Of a DNA stretch of 64,000 nt, positions 38,407-49,142 are shown piece after piece. Made by a program: the position numbers and the translations under genes. The DNA comes from Patescibacteria group bacterium (GTDB lineage: Bacteria; Patescibacteriota; Minisyncoccia; Phycocordibacterales; PALSA-1337), in contig JAGXAG010000005.1 in NCBI GenBank assembly GCA_018971685.1, forward strand, positions 1,842 through 65,841. Reading direction: 5' to 3'. The notes under the pieces were generated by a model. The model was not told the DNA's origin, did no database searches, and saw nothing but the letters and a program-made list of their open reading frames with translations. Each line of letters begins with the position of its first letter. Within the stretch, counting starts at the first letter, position 1.

Positions 38407-39172
38407 AAATATATTTTTCAAATCAGCCAATTTGTTTGCCGGCCATCCCGTCGGCAAGGCCAGTATACTTATGTACCATTCTATAGGTTACAACAGGGCT
38501 TTTTTTACTGTAACACCGGAAAATCTAGAAGAGCAACTCTTATACCTAAGATCAAACAATTTCAATGTAATCAGCTTATCTGAATTGGTAAACAAAATCA
38601 AAACCGGCGCCGATCTCTCTCACTGCGTGTCCATAACATTAGATGACGGCTATCATGACAATTTGGCGCACGCTTTTCCTATATTTGAGAAATACAATAT
38701 GCCAAGGACATATTTTATAGCCACAGACCCAATCGGCCGTTACATGAATACGAGCGACGGCGTAAGTCTTTCGATTATGACCGAAGATGAATTGAAAAAA
38801 GTCAGCAAGAGCAGTCTGGTCGAAATCATGCCGCATACAGCCTCGCACAAACTTTTAACGACATACAACGACGATTCCTGGAAAGATGATATTGAGAAGT
38901 CACGCCGGTTCTTGATAGAAAGGTTCGGCTCCAGGGCGGACATATTCGCCTATCCGCAAGGTAAATTTTCTGACAAGCACGCGAATTATCTGAAGAATTC
39001 CGGATATATAGCCGCAGTTACCGTAAAAGAAGGTTTAGTGAAATCCAGAGACGATACATATAGACTTGATAGGAATTCCATAGATTCCACGACCACGATC
39101 GATCAATTCGCCGGTAAATTGTCCGAAACGATCGAATGGTATTCAAAGATCAAGCGCTATATCCGATCATGA
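38390..39172 (+). CDS. Polysaccharide deacetylase (NodB/CE4)
   Basis: ILMYHSI, ITLDDGY, HTASH, FAYPQG. Confidence 0.9.
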   Translation: MKYLLKNIFFKSANLFAGHPVGKASILMYHSIGYNRAFFTVTPENLEEQLLYLRSNNFNVISLSELVNKIKTGADLSHCVSITLDDGYHDNLAHAFPIFEKYNMPRTYFIATDPIGRYMNTSDGVSLSIMTEDELKKVSKSSLVEIMPHTASHKLLTTYNDDSWKDDIEKSRRFLIERFGSRADIFAYPQGKFSDKHANYLKNSGYIAAVTVKEGLVKSRDDTYRLDRNSIDSTTTIDQFAGKLSETIEWYSKIKRYIRS

Positions 39173-40210
39173 AGATGATAATTTATCGTGAATTGCCATG
39201 ATCACATCTTCCACGGTCAAATCATAAGTGCAACGCCGGTATTCTTTGCCATCTTCATATGTTGTACAAGAGCCGACCTTGTCTCCTTTGCATAGGCACC
39301 GTGAATTATTCGTCAATATGACTCCATTAGGATTGTATCGCGGTAACCACATCGGATCGGTATTATGGCCTATCACTACGCTTTTTATTCCCTGAACCGC
39401 CGCCAGATGGGTGATGCCGGTATCGACACCTATATAAAGAGCGGAATCATGGATAATACTAGCCACTTCCAATACCGGACGGTTTATGAATAGTAATATC
39501 CCTTCGATGCCCGACGTGATTTCTTTTATGATGACTTCGTCTTTTTTGGCGCCGGTCAAGACCAATCTATATCCAGGAAATATCCTGCGCAGTTCGTATA
39601 ATAATGAGCGCCATCTTTTTGGCGGAAATGAATAACGGGCGCGTGTGCCGAACATGTGTACTACGAAATACCCGCCGGATTTGAAGGGAAAATCAACCGG
39701 CTTGTGAAGATTGAGATTGACGCGCGGCGGCCGCGGCTCGAGGTTTTTGCCCGGCAGAAAATCGGGAATAAGCCGGCGATAATTGTTGATAATGGACATC
39801 TTGAAATCGTAGCCGTAAGATTTGTCGAAAGGCAGCCAGCCCTGCATGCCAGTCCATTCCTTGAAGCCCACGACCAGATTGCCCGGCCTCATCGAGAGTA
39901 GATAAAAAAAGTATTTCAATCGAGACGAATATGTTCTTGCCACTCCGGGTACAATTACTGTGGATTGATATCTGAACAGTTTGGCAAGGAACGGTAACAT
40001 GCCGAGTATTTCCGGGATTTGGACGACTTCGATCGATGGATAGGCCGATGACAATTCACGGATAATCTTTACATTTGTGCTGGCCAATACCGTGAACCGC
40101 ATGTCCGGTTCCAATCGAAGCAGATCGTCGAAGAAGGCCAGCATAAGCAGAGTATCGCCGATCGGACCGAATGACATCCATATGATTCTATTAGTACTTC
40201 CTTTTTTCAT
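39167..40210 (-). CDS. Glycosyltransferase family 9 (heptosyltransferase-like)
   Basis: IGDTLL, YIGVDTGITHLA. Confidence 0.85.
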   Translation of the reverse strand: MKKGSTNRIIWMSFGPIGDTLLMLAFFDDLLRLEPDMRFTVLASTNVKIIRELSSAYPSIEVVQIPEILGMLPFLAKLFRYQSTVIVPGVARTYSSRLKYFFYLLSMRPGNLVVGFKEWTGMQGWLPFDKSYGYDFKMSIINNYRRLIPDFLPGKNLEPRPPRVNLNLHKPVDFPFKSGGYFVVHMFGTRARYSFPPKRWRSLLYELRRIFPGYRLVLTGAKKDEVIIKEITSGIEGILLFINRPVLEVASIIHDSALYIGVDTGITHLAAVQGIKSVVIGHNTDPMWLPRYNPNGVILTNNSRCLCKGDKVGSCTTYEDGKEYRRCTYDLTVEDVIMAIHDKLSSS

Positions 40211-40234
40211 GAATAAATTATACACTTTCTTGAT

Positions 40235-40831
40235 ATGAGCGAGCCAACCTTAGCGGAACGGGTATTTACCAGGAATGGTGTCACTACGGATAATGTAGTG
40301 AACGGATTAACTGTCATAGACATAGGTTCTGGCGGCCACAAGCTTCCGGGATCCGTCGGTCTTGATATATTGCAATCGTTCAGTCCCGATATACTGCATG
40401 ACATCACAATCTTTCCATGGCCTGTAAAAAGCGGATCATTCGACGCGGCAGTGCTCAGTCATGTTCTCGAGCATGTGCCTGATGTTATAAGGACAATGAA
40501 TGAAGTTCATCGGATCCTGAAACCCGGAGGCAGGGCATTGATTCAGGTGCCATATTTCAGATCAATAGATTCGGTGACCGATCCTACTCATATCCATTTT
40601 TTCACATCTCGTTCCCTTGATTATATATGCCAGGGCACGAAACTGTCGCTACGCGCTTATACGAAATCTTTTTTTCGCAAAGAAAGGTTCTGGTACGGTC
40701 CGCCGCACAATCCGACTACCGGTATAGGCCGTCTAAAAAAGATGTTGCAGAAAGATAATTTCTTCTACGATCAATATATATCGGTTCTATTACCGGCTCA
40801 AACACTGACCTGGCAACTCATCTCTATCTAA
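40235..40831 (+). CDS. Class I SAM-dependent methyltransferase
   Basis: IDIGSG, SHVLEHV, RILKPGG, DPTH. Confidence 0.88.
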   Translation: MSEPTLAERVFTRNGVTTDNVVNGLTVIDIGSGGHKLPGSVGLDILQSFSPDILHDITIFPWPVKSGSFDAAVLSHVLEHVPDVIRTMNEVHRILKPGGRALIQVPYFRSIDSVTDPTHIHFFTSRSLDYICQGTKLSLRAYTKSFFRKERFWYGPPHNPTTGIGRLKKMLQKDNFFYDQYISVLLPAQTLTWQLISI

Positions 40832-40838
40832 AGAATCC

Positions 40839-41954
40839 ATGAGACTTGTCTATTTGACCACATTGAATTATCCGTCCGAGACGGCCACTAATCAGCAGGC
40901 CAAAGCGATGGCCGTCGCTTTTCATGGTCTTCTTGGCAATCAATTTGTTTTTGTGGCTAATCGTATTCGCAATCCGGAAATATTTAGCGGAATAAAAGTC
41001 GAGAATATCGATTGCAATTGGAGACGATTTAGAACGATCTATGGTATCTGGTGGCTCATCAGGCACGCCAAGATTTTAATAGCCGGCGACCGACAGGCAG
41101 TCTTATACACTAAAGATTCGTACCTATGTGCCATCGCCATTCTTTTAAGACCATTCTTAGGTTACCGAGTCGCATTTGAGTCGCATTTGATCTATCACAG
41201 CTGGCGCGATCTTTTGATAGCCAAGCAATGTGACGCCATCTTCACCGTAACTGCTTTTCTGAAGTCTAGTCTCGTAAAAGATTTTGGCGCGGCCGAATCC
41301 AAAGTCACAGTCGCGCCGGACGCCGTTGACTTATCAGTCTTTGACATCAGTATGGATCGAGAAACTGCTCGTGAACGGCTCGATCTTCCAAAAGACAAAA
41401 AGATCTTCGTCTATACTGGCCGGTTCAAGACGCTCGGCATGGACAAAGGCATCGCTGTCGCATTAGAGGCCTTGAAGTCCATGAATGATCAACAGCTCGT
41501 TGTTTTAGCAATAGGCGGTTCGAAATCGGATGTCGATGAATATAAGGCCATAGCTAACCGCCTTGGTGTCGGCGGCCAATCCATATTCATCGGATATGTT
41601 TCGCAATCGAAGCTGGCTCTTTATCAGAAAGCCGCTGATGCGCTCCTGATGCCGTTCCCTTATTCAGAGCACTTCGCCTACTATATGTCGCCGCTGAAGA
41701 TGTTCGAGTACATGGCGAGCCGCGTGCCCATCATCGCTTCCGACCTGCCGGCCGTCCGCGATGTTCTTGATGAATCGACTGCGCTTATCGTCAAACCAGG
41801 CGATCCTAAGAGTCTGGCCGAAGCCATGAATGAGGTGGCTTACGGCGGCCAGCGCGTTGAAGAATTAGCTATGGCTGCTTATGAAAAGGTCAAAGAGTAT
41901 ACTTGGCAAAAGCGAGCTAGAAAGATTATAGATTTTATATCGCATCGAACTTAA
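40839..41954 (+). CDS. Glycosyltransferase family 4
   Basis: YTGRF, SPLKMFEYMASRVPIIASDLP. Confidence 0.9.
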   Translation: MRLVYLTTLNYPSETATNQQAKAMAVAFHGLLGNQFVFVANRIRNPEIFSGIKVENIDCNWRRFRTIYGIWWLIRHAKILIAGDRQAVLYTKDSYLCAIAILLRPFLGYRVAFESHLIYHSWRDLLIAKQCDAIFTVTAFLKSSLVKDFGAAESKVTVAPDAVDLSVFDISMDRETARERLDLPKDKKIFVYTGRFKTLGMDKGIAVALEALKSMNDQQLVVLAIGGSKSDVDEYKAIANRLGVGGQSIFIGYVSQSKLALYQKAADALLMPFPYSEHFAYYMSPLKMFEYMASRVPIIASDLPAVRDVLDESTALIVKPGDPKSLAEAMNEVAYGGQRVEELAMAAYEKVKEYTWQKRARKIIDFISHRT

Positions 41955-41958
41955 ATAT

Positions 41959-43059
41959 ATGCGTGTTCTGATTATAACCAACCATATGGAAGGCACAGAC
42001 GGCTGGAGCCGATACAGTCTAGATCTTGCCAACGAACTGGAGCGGCGCCATGTAGAGATTGTTTGTGTTGTCTCCCGAAAGAGCCGTGCCGGCTTATCCG
42101 AACGCGTATGTCTTGCAGGGCCGATGGAATATCTCTGCAACATGGCCATGTCTAGGTTAGATGCGCAGAAAATGCAATCTGTTATAAATGAATTCAGGCC
42201 CGATGCTATCCATGTAGTTGTCGAACCATACTTATCTCTGCTTCCATTTATAGAAGTGCCTGATAAGACCCGGATTGTTGCCACTATGCACGGCACTTAT
42301 GCATATATTCCCGGCATATTCAGAAATCCTATAAAGAAAGCGGTGTCGGCATTAATGTATCTTAGGAGCACGAAGAAAGTTGACAAATTTATTATTGTCA
42401 GTGATTACACAAAAAATAAAATCGTCCAGAAACCACTTTCCAGAATTGCCGGAGTTTTAGGTAAAATGGTAGTGATAAAGAACGCTATTGATTTTGATTC
42501 CATAAAACCTGCTGATTTGTTAGCAAGAGTTGATGGCAGGAAACATGTCTTATTTGTAGGAGCCATTAAACCGCGCAAAGGCATTGCCAATCTCATAAGA
42601 GCATTCCATTTGTATAACGAAAAGTATAACAGAAAAGCTGTTCTTGATATCGTAGGCTCTGGCGATATGAGCAATCTGGTGACCAATGGTGATGTGAGGA
42701 TTCATGGCCGAGTCAAAGCTGACGAGCTAGATCGCCTATACTCAGCAACAGATGCTTTCGCGCTCCTGGCTGTCCCGAATAAGCATACTTTCGAAGGGTT
42801 TGGACTTGTTTATTTGGAGGCAAATGCACGAGGGGTGCCAACTTTGGGTTCTCGTGATTCGGGGGCCAGCGATGCCATAGTTCACGGCAAGACAGGATAT
42901 TTGGCAGATGATCCTTATGATATCGATGAATGCGCTTGGTATCTGCACAAGATCCTAGATGAAAAGGCGATCATGCCGGGAGATTGTATAGAATGGGCTA
43001 AAGCTCACGATGTTAAGCTTGCTGTCGACAAGATCATCAGCCAATATCAAATAATATGA
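41959..43059 (+). CDS. Glycosyltransferase family 4
   Basis: VGAIKPRKG, EGFGLVYLEANARG. Confidence 0.9.
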   Translation: MRVLIITNHMEGTDGWSRYSLDLANELERRHVEIVCVVSRKSRAGLSERVCLAGPMEYLCNMAMSRLDAQKMQSVINEFRPDAIHVVVEPYLSLLPFIEVPDKTRIVATMHGTYAYIPGIFRNPIKKAVSALMYLRSTKKVDKFIIVSDYTKNKIVQKPLSRIAGVLGKMVVIKNAIDFDSIKPADLLARVDGRKHVLFVGAIKPRKGIANLIRAFHLYNEKYNRKAVLDIVGSGDMSNLVTNGDVRIHGRVKADELDRLYSATDAFALLAVPNKHTFEGFGLVYLEANARGVPTLGSRDSGASDAIVHGKTGYLADDPYDIDECAWYLHKILDEKAIMPGDCIEWAKAHDVKLAVDKIISQYQII

Positions 43060-44300
43060 AAATATTAGTATTATCTGATGATTTTCCCCCACACAGTTTC
43101 GGCGGTGCCGGCATGGTTGCTTTCAATTTGTCCAAGGAGATGCAAAGGCGCGGCCATCAGGTCAGAGTAGTCACAACAGTCCGCACAGATTCGGATGCGG
43201 GTCGCTTTGAATATGAAGGTCTCGCTATCGATCGTATTGCCTCCGATTACGATCTCAAATGGCAATCATTCAGGTGCCTGAAGAATCAACTGACGGTCGA
43301 TAAGGTCGCGGCGATTATCGCCGAATACAAACCGGATGTTGTCCATGCGCATAATATTCACGCACATCTCTCGTATCATTCACTCTCGCTTGCCAAGCAA
43401 TCCGGAGCCAAAGTGATTCTCACATGCCACGACATTATGACCTTCCATTTCGGCAAGTTCACTGAATACATCGATCCACATTTTCTGGACATGCCCCAGT
43501 CGTTTGATTATCACATCAGTCCGTTCCGCCAGCTTCGGGCCTACAGATTGCGTTACAACCCATGGAGGAATATGGTCATTCGCCGTGTCCTACGGCAATC
43601 CGTCGATAATGTCGTGGCCGTGAGCGATTCTTTGAAGCAAGCCATGGAGCAGAATGGCATTACGAATGTCGAGCGCATCTACAACGGCATTGGCGTGAAT
43701 GAATGGCAAGTGCCGATGTTGACGGTTCAGGCATTCAAGGCGAAGCATGGTTTGGCAGGGAAGAGAGTCGCGATGTTTTCCGGCCGCCTCGAGGGCGCCA
43801 AGGGCGCTTGGGAGCTTTTCAAATCATTTGAGAAGATCGCTGCAGAGATGCCCGAAGCTCGATTGCTGGTCGTCGCCAAGCGCGACAGATCGGCTGAATC
43901 GAAGCTCGCCTATGCCGCAGAGAAGGGCTTTGCCGATAAGGTAGTCTTTACCGGCTGGCTCTCCGGTTCGGATCTGCACGCGGCGTATGCGGCCGCCGAT
44001 GTCATCGTGAATCCATCAGTCTGCCTGGACACATTCGGTCTGGTGAATATCGAAGCCATGGCCTTGAGGAAGCCGGTCGTCGCCACCTGCTTTGGCGGCT
44101 CGCCGGAGATCGTCGTCGATGGCCAGACGGGATATATCGTGAATCCCCTCGATTTGGACTTGATGGCGCAGAAAGTGAAAAGCTTGCTTACCGATCACGC
44201 GAAAGCGGTGCGGTTTGGGGAGGCAGGATATGCTCGGGTGAAAAACGATTTCTCACTGGTGAAGCAAGCCGACGAATACGAGAAGGTCTATCGAGGATGA
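43056..44300 (+). CDS. Glycosyltransferase family 4
   Basis: FPPHSFGGAG, SGRLEGAKG, DTFGLVNIEAMA. Confidence 0.9.
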   Translation: MKILVLSDDFPPHSFGGAGMVAFNLSKEMQRRGHQVRVVTTVRTDSDAGRFEYEGLAIDRIASDYDLKWQSFRCLKNQLTVDKVAAIIAEYKPDVVHAHNIHAHLSYHSLSLAKQSGAKVILTCHDIMTFHFGKFTEYIDPHFLDMPQSFDYHISPFRQLRAYRLRYNPWRNMVIRRVLRQSVDNVVAVSDSLKQAMEQNGITNVERIYNGIGVNEWQVPMLTVQAFKAKHGLAGKRVAMFSGRLEGAKGAWELFKSFEKIAAEMPEARLLVVAKRDRSAESKLAYAAEKGFADKVVFTGWLSGSDLHAAYAAADVIVNPSVCLDTFGLVNIEAMALRKPVVATCFGGSPEIVVDGQTGYIVNPLDLDLMAQKVKSLLTDHAKAVRFGEAGYARVKNDFSLVKQADEYEKVYRG

Positions 44301-44352
44301 TCGGCCAATCCTGGCTCTACCGATTTTCGTCCATGTATGATAATGTCCTTTC

Positions 44353-45426
44353 ATGTCAATAAGCGCCGATAACATAAATCCCCATCCTCGCCTCATCGAG
44401 CATCTGGTCGGCAAAAAAGTTTTTTCGAAATCGCCGCTCGTCGTTATCGATGTTGGCGCACGAGGCGGCGCCGGCAAGGAATGGAAAGTATTTGGGGATC
44501 AATACAAGGTTATCGGCTTCGAAGCCGACCCGACAGAGTGCGAGCGCCTCAATCAGGCGGCGCCGAACCATGAGCGCTATTATCCCGCCGCGCTGTGGTC
44601 CAAGAAGGGAAAGCGCAAGTTCTATATCCATGGCCGCCATGCGCCGACTTCCAGCTTCTATGATTCTGACTCCGAATACCTATCCCGTTTCCCGGGCTGG
44701 GAGCCCTGGATGCCGCATCGCACGGTTACATTGAATACGACTGACTTCGCTTCATTCCTGAAAGAGAACCGCATCCGTGAACTCGATGTCATGAAGCTCG
44801 ATGTCGAAGGTTCCGAGCTCGAGGTGCTCCGTGGCCTCGGCGCGAAGGCGTGGAACGAGCTCGTGGCCGTCAGTCTCGAAGCGTACTTCCAGTCCTGGGG
44901 GAAGGGCATGCCCACATTTTCGGAAATAGATGCTCTCATGCGCAAGAAAGGATTCGTCCTCTACGATTTACCGACATTCCGGTGGGAGAGGAGGCCGACA
45001 TCGCCGTACATGTTCACTGATGGCATATTCGGGCCGACGGATAGGGGACAGGTCATATTCACACAGGCGCTTTATGTACGCGATGCCGCAGCCGAGCTCA
45101 AGGATGCGCGGCGACGGAAATTCTGGACAAGCGATAAGGTTTTGAAATTGGCGGCTGTCATGGAGCTCTTCAGATTCGAGGATAGCGCTATGGAGCTCAT
45201 ACAGGAAGCAGCTTCGAAAGGCTTGCTCAAGGGTCATGATCTCGATACGATGCTCGACCTCCTTACTCCGGACATAGATGGGAGGCAGGTGAGCTACAAG
45301 AATTTTGTTGAACATATCAGGCGCGAAGGTCCGCCGCGCTACATTCAAGGCCGCCGCGTCAGCCAGACGGATTACGCCAAGCATCTCGAGGAGAAGGCTA
45401 AAAAGGAAAAAGAAAAGCGGGCCTAA
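44353..45426 (+). CDS. FkbM family methyltransferase
   Basis: IDVGARGG, GFEAD, MKLDVEGSELEVLRG. Confidence 0.88.
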   Translation: MSISADNINPHPRLIEHLVGKKVFSKSPLVVIDVGARGGAGKEWKVFGDQYKVIGFEADPTECERLNQAAPNHERYYPAALWSKKGKRKFYIHGRHAPTSSFYDSDSEYLSRFPGWEPWMPHRTVTLNTTDFASFLKENRIRELDVMKLDVEGSELEVLRGLGAKAWNELVAVSLEAYFQSWGKGMPTFSEIDALMRKKGFVLYDLPTFRWERRPTSPYMFTDGIFGPTDRGQVIFTQALYVRDAAAELKDARRRKFWTSDKVLKLAAVMELFRFEDSAMELIQEAASKGLLKGHDLDTMLDLLTPDIDGRQVSYKNFVEHIRREGPPRYIQGRRVSQTDYAKHLEEKAKKEKEKRA

Positions 45427-46259
45427 GCTCGCTTTTTATCTGGATGTCGGCGCCTAAATTCCTCTACCATCCGTTTCAAGCCTTCTTCCAAGCTGATCTG
45501 TGGTTCCCAACCAGGAATTCTATCGTGGCTCGGCAAGTTTCTATGCGAGAATCCTATTTTCTCTCCGGGAATGACTTTGGCGCCCGTCATGCCAGCGATC
45601 ATCTCGGCCACTTCGCGGATAGATGTCCATCTTCCCGAGCTGATGTCATAGATGCCGCCCTTTATCTTTTCTGTGAGTATTTTGTGATAGGCACGGGCGC
45701 TGTCTTCGACATGAATGAACTGGCGCATCTCCTCGCCGGTCGTCATCATGACGATGGTGCCGGTGGTAAATGCCTGGTTGATGAAGTCGCCGATAACATG
45801 ACTGCGGTCATTCGAGTCCTCGAGCTCGCCATAGACGTTCCATTGGCGGCCCCAATAGCCATGCGGGACGAGGCGGACCCAGATCTCTCCCAAGCGCTTG
45901 GTGGCGCCATAGGGCGTGCCGTATTCCTCGGCGAACTGGCTTGAGACGTAAAAGAAGGGAACTGAATTGGATTGGAGCTGCTTCATGACATTCTCGAGGA
46001 GCTTCATGTTCCATTCGAGCTGGTGGATGAGAGCATCCTCGCGGAAAAGGTATTTGGCGCCGCCCACATCCCAGGCCAGGAAGTAGACACGGTCGACTTT
46101 GTCGAGAGGCAGCGTGGCAAATCGGGCATCCTCATCGGGGCTCCTGCGGATATCGAAAGGCACGACTTCCTCGCCCTGCGCCTCTAGAAATCGGCAGAAT
46201 GGCACGCCGATGAAACCGCTTGAGCCGAGTACGAGGTTTCGTATCTTTCCTTCTTGCAT
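45423..46259 (-). CDS. NAD-dependent epimerase/dehydratase
   Basis: LGSSGFIG, YGATK, NVYG, RQFIHVED. Confidence 0.88.
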   Translation of the reverse strand: MQEGKIRNLVLGSSGFIGVPFCRFLEAQGEEVVPFDIRRSPDEDARFATLPLDKVDRVYFLAWDVGGAKYLFREDALIHQLEWNMKLLENVMKQLQSNSVPFFYVSSQFAEEYGTPYGATKRLGEIWVRLVPHGYWGRQWNVYGELEDSNDRSHVIGDFINQAFTTGTIVMMTTGEEMRQFIHVEDSARAYHKILTEKIKGGIYDISSGRWTSIREVAEMIAGMTGAKVIPGEKIGFSHRNLPSHDRIPGWEPQISLEEGLKRMVEEFRRRHPDKKRA

Positions 46260-46288
46260 AACGATAATAGTCGTATATACTTTGATTT

Positions 46289-47326
46289 ATGTCAACGAAA
46301 TGTCCTCCAGTCCTCTTCATCATCTATCGCCGGCCGGAGACGACCAAGCGCGCCTTTGAGGCTATCCGACAGGCCCGGCCAGCAAAACTATTCATCAGCC
46401 AAGAAGCCCTGCCCGCTGACCGCCTCGAGCAGTCCGGCTTTGCCGAGAGGCACGCCGAAGCGCGCAAGATCGCCACGGATGTCGACTGGCCTTGTGAAGT
46501 GAAGACGCTCTTCTTCACGGAGCACCAAGGCATCATCCAAGGCTTCAAGAAATCGCTCGACTGGTTCTTCGAGAACGTCGAGGACGGCATGATGATCGAG
46601 GATGATGAGATCATCGAGCCGACATATTTTCGATTTGCGGCGGAGATGCTCGAAAAATATAAAAACAACGAGCGCGTCATGTGCGTGACCGGCAGCGACG
46701 CGCTCCATTATTATAATCAGCCGTACAAGGAAAATAGTTATTATTTTCTTTCCATCCCGTGCGTCTGGGGCATGGCCACCTGGCGCCGCGCTTGGAAATT
46801 GTACGATCCGGAGGTAAAACAATGGCCACAGGTTCGCGACAGCAAGCTACTCTACGACCTTCTGCCGACTCGAGCGGCCGCGCATTATTTCAGCCAGAAA
46901 TTCCAACTCTATCACGACCACCTAGTGAACAGTTGGGACGGCCAATGGATATTCGCTTGTCTGGCGAACAAAGGCCTCACTATCTATCCGACCAAGAATC
47001 TGATCTCAAACATTGGCTTCGGCAGTGTCGGAGCTTTGCACAAAGCTGTGCCGGGAGATAATCTATGGGCCGACCTCGCCATGGAGCCGCTCTCGTTCCC
47101 GCTCAAGCATCCGCCCGAAGTTGCCGTGAATAAAGTCTGGGATGAATATGCCGTCGGCGCCCGCTACGCAAAATCGAAACTATCGACCGTTCAGAAACTG
47201 AAATGGTCAGTCGAGTCCGCGTTTCCGGGCGCGTATATCGCCGTGAAAAAATTCTATGACCGGATCTTCCGACCGAAGCAGTTCGCGTCGCATGATTACA
47301 AAGCCGAGAGGCAGCTTTTACCTTAG
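46289..47326 (+). CDS. GT-A fold nucleotide-diphospho-sugar transferase
   Basis: PVLFIIYRRPETT, IEDD, WGMATWRRAW, NLISNIGF. Confidence 0.82.
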   Translation: MSTKCPPVLFIIYRRPETTKRAFEAIRQARPAKLFISQEALPADRLEQSGFAERHAEARKIATDVDWPCEVKTLFFTEHQGIIQGFKKSLDWFFENVEDGMMIEDDEIIEPTYFRFAAEMLEKYKNNERVMCVTGSDALHYYNQPYKENSYYFLSIPCVWGMATWRRAWKLYDPEVKQWPQVRDSKLLYDLLPTRAAAHYFSQKFQLYHDHLVNSWDGQWIFACLANKGLTIYPTKNLISNIGFGSVGALHKAVPGDNLWADLAMEPLSFPLKHPPEVAVNKVWDEYAVGARYAKSKLSTVQKLKWSVESAFPGAYIAVKKFYDRIFRPKQFASHDYKAERQLLP

Positions 47327-48288
47327 TTCGTCAGTCCAGATTTGAACATGCGCCGCAGGGTAGTAATGACAAGTTCGCGGCGCATGTCTTTGTAGCATAG
47401 TATAGCTTGCCACTGTTCCTCGGTTGTATGTGCGCCCTTCGCAACATATTCTTGTACGATCAGTTTGTATCTTTTGAGCGAAGCAAAGGCCGGCCCCGTT
47501 TTCATTGGCCAGCCATTTATAAAAGCAATCATATCCTCCAGTTGGGGGCGCGTCAGCTTTAGATATGGTTTCAAGTTCCTCTCGTTTACTTGATACGCAT
47601 GTTCGGCTTGGATCTTTTGTGTGGAGGAGGCGAGCACAGATACTGAACCCGGTTGGCTGCGGAATCTGATGAGTATTTCCGGTATATTGGCGAGCTCATA
47701 GCCGGCATCCGCATATCGGCACCAGAGGTCATAGTCTTCGGCATAGAGATAGTTTGTATCATAACCGCCGAGCATGTTGAAAGCGTCCTTGCGCATCATC
47801 ACAGCCGAGTGGATGAATTGCGTGCCGAGGATGAGCTTGAAATGTATGCGTTCGTTGTTTTCGGCTTTTATTTTTATTTTTTGCGGCGTCCCGTTTTGAT
47901 CGATCATTTGGGCATAAGATCCGACAGCCGACACATTCGGGTGCGAATCGAGGAAGGCGACTTGTTTGGCGAAGCGTTCAGGAAGGCATAGGTCATCGGC
48001 ATCGAGCACGGCCAGATATTCGCCTCGCGCGATCTTCACCGCTTCATTCCGGGCAATGGCTTGGCCGGAATTCTTGGATAGGTGAATGACATTGATGCGA
48101 GGATCTTTCCTTGCGTATTCGTCGGCAATGCGGCCAGTTGCGTCTTTGGCCGCATCATCCGCGATTATGAGCTCCCAGTTCGTGTAGGTCTGCGCCTGCA
48201 CGCTCTCGATGGCTTCGCCGATGTACTTCTCGGCGTTATACGCGGCCATGATGACGGAGACTAGAGGTTTGCGGGTATTCGTATCCAT
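47323..48288 (-). CDS. Glycosyltransferase family 2
   Basis: VSVIMAAYNAEKYI, LDADD, EDYDLW. Confidence 0.92.
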   Translation of the reverse strand: MDTNTRKPLVSVIMAAYNAEKYIGEAIESVQAQTYTNWELIIADDAAKDATGRIADEYARKDPRINVIHLSKNSGQAIARNEAVKIARGEYLAVLDADDLCLPERFAKQVAFLDSHPNVSAVGSYAQMIDQNGTPQKIKIKAENNERIHFKLILGTQFIHSAVMMRKDAFNMLGGYDTNYLYAEDYDLWCRYADAGYELANIPEILIRFRSQPGSVSVLASSTQKIQAEHAYQVNERNLKPYLKLTRPQLEDMIAFINGWPMKTGPAFASLKRYKLIVQEYVAKGAHTTEEQWQAILCYKDMRRELVITTLRRMFKSGLTN

Positions 48289-49142
48289 GTTGGTGGACAA
48301 ATGTCCTTGTTTTCCAGGCGTGGGTCGCGGAACCACGGTATGGGCGCGATAACAATTTTATCAGGTCTTGGGTCCAGCCAGGCACCCCACCAGGAGAATG
48401 AGCTGTTCGAGATGACATGTCGGCGGCAGAGGCTCATGAGGCGCATCTCCTCCCAATCCTTGAGGTCGAGCTCGGATACATAGACGGTATTAGTCGGCAG
48501 ATCGAGCGAGCTTCGTACCCAGGCGATGTCGTCAGAAAATGCGAAGATCCGCGGATAGCCCAAAGCATCGGCCGCTTTTTGCAGAGCCGCTTTGTAATAA
48601 TCGGCGCTCTTCGCTCCGATCACTTCTGCAGCGCCTCGGTGCGTCACATAATCGCCGCGGCGGACATGAAGAGATACGCTTGATTCATCTATCATGCGTT
48701 GTAGATCCGAGGCCGTTGAACTCAAGGGAGGAAAATGCGAGAAAGCCTTGCGGATCTCATCTTGTACGGAGGCGAAATATCTTTCGCTTTGCCAATTGCC
48801 GCGGAAGTAGGCATTGCCCCGGACCTTGAATACGAACGGGTCGAAAGAGCCGAATCGTTCAGAGATATATGCGGGCGAGCTCGGTCGGATGGCGTGCGTA
48901 ATGAATGAGACTTTCGGGTGCGCGCGGCCGCACTGGAAGACGGCCGATTCTCCAGCCGATGCCAGCCGGGCTTCTATACCGAAGACTTCTTTCAAGCGAT
49001 ATTCGCGTTTCGCGTCATTCGGCGTGATGAGTCCAACGAGGTCGAGCGCGATCTCGTCGCCGGTTGATGCGGCAAGGCTGTGCGCAAAAGCGTACTGGAA
49101 CATCTGATTGCCCAAGCCTCCTTCTATGCGGATAATCTTCAT
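48261..49142 (-). CDS. Alpha-1,2-fucosyltransferase (GT11)
   Basis: GGLGNQMFQYA, WQSERYF, HVRRGDY, FSDD, NSSFSWWGAWL. Confidence 0.92.
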   Translation of the reverse strand: MKIIRIEGGLGNQMFQYAFAHSLAASTGDEIALDLVGLITPNDAKREYRLKEVFGIEARLASAGESAVFQCGRAHPKVSFITHAIRPSSPAYISERFGSFDPFVFKVRGNAYFRGNWQSERYFASVQDEIRKAFSHFPPLSSTASDLQRMIDESSVSLHVRRGDYVTHRGAAEVIGAKSADYYKAALQKAADALGYPRIFAFSDDIAWVRSSLDLPTNTVYVSELDLKDWEEMRLMSLCRRHVISNSSFSWWGAWLDPRPDKIVIAPIPWFRDPRLENKDICPPTWIRIPANL

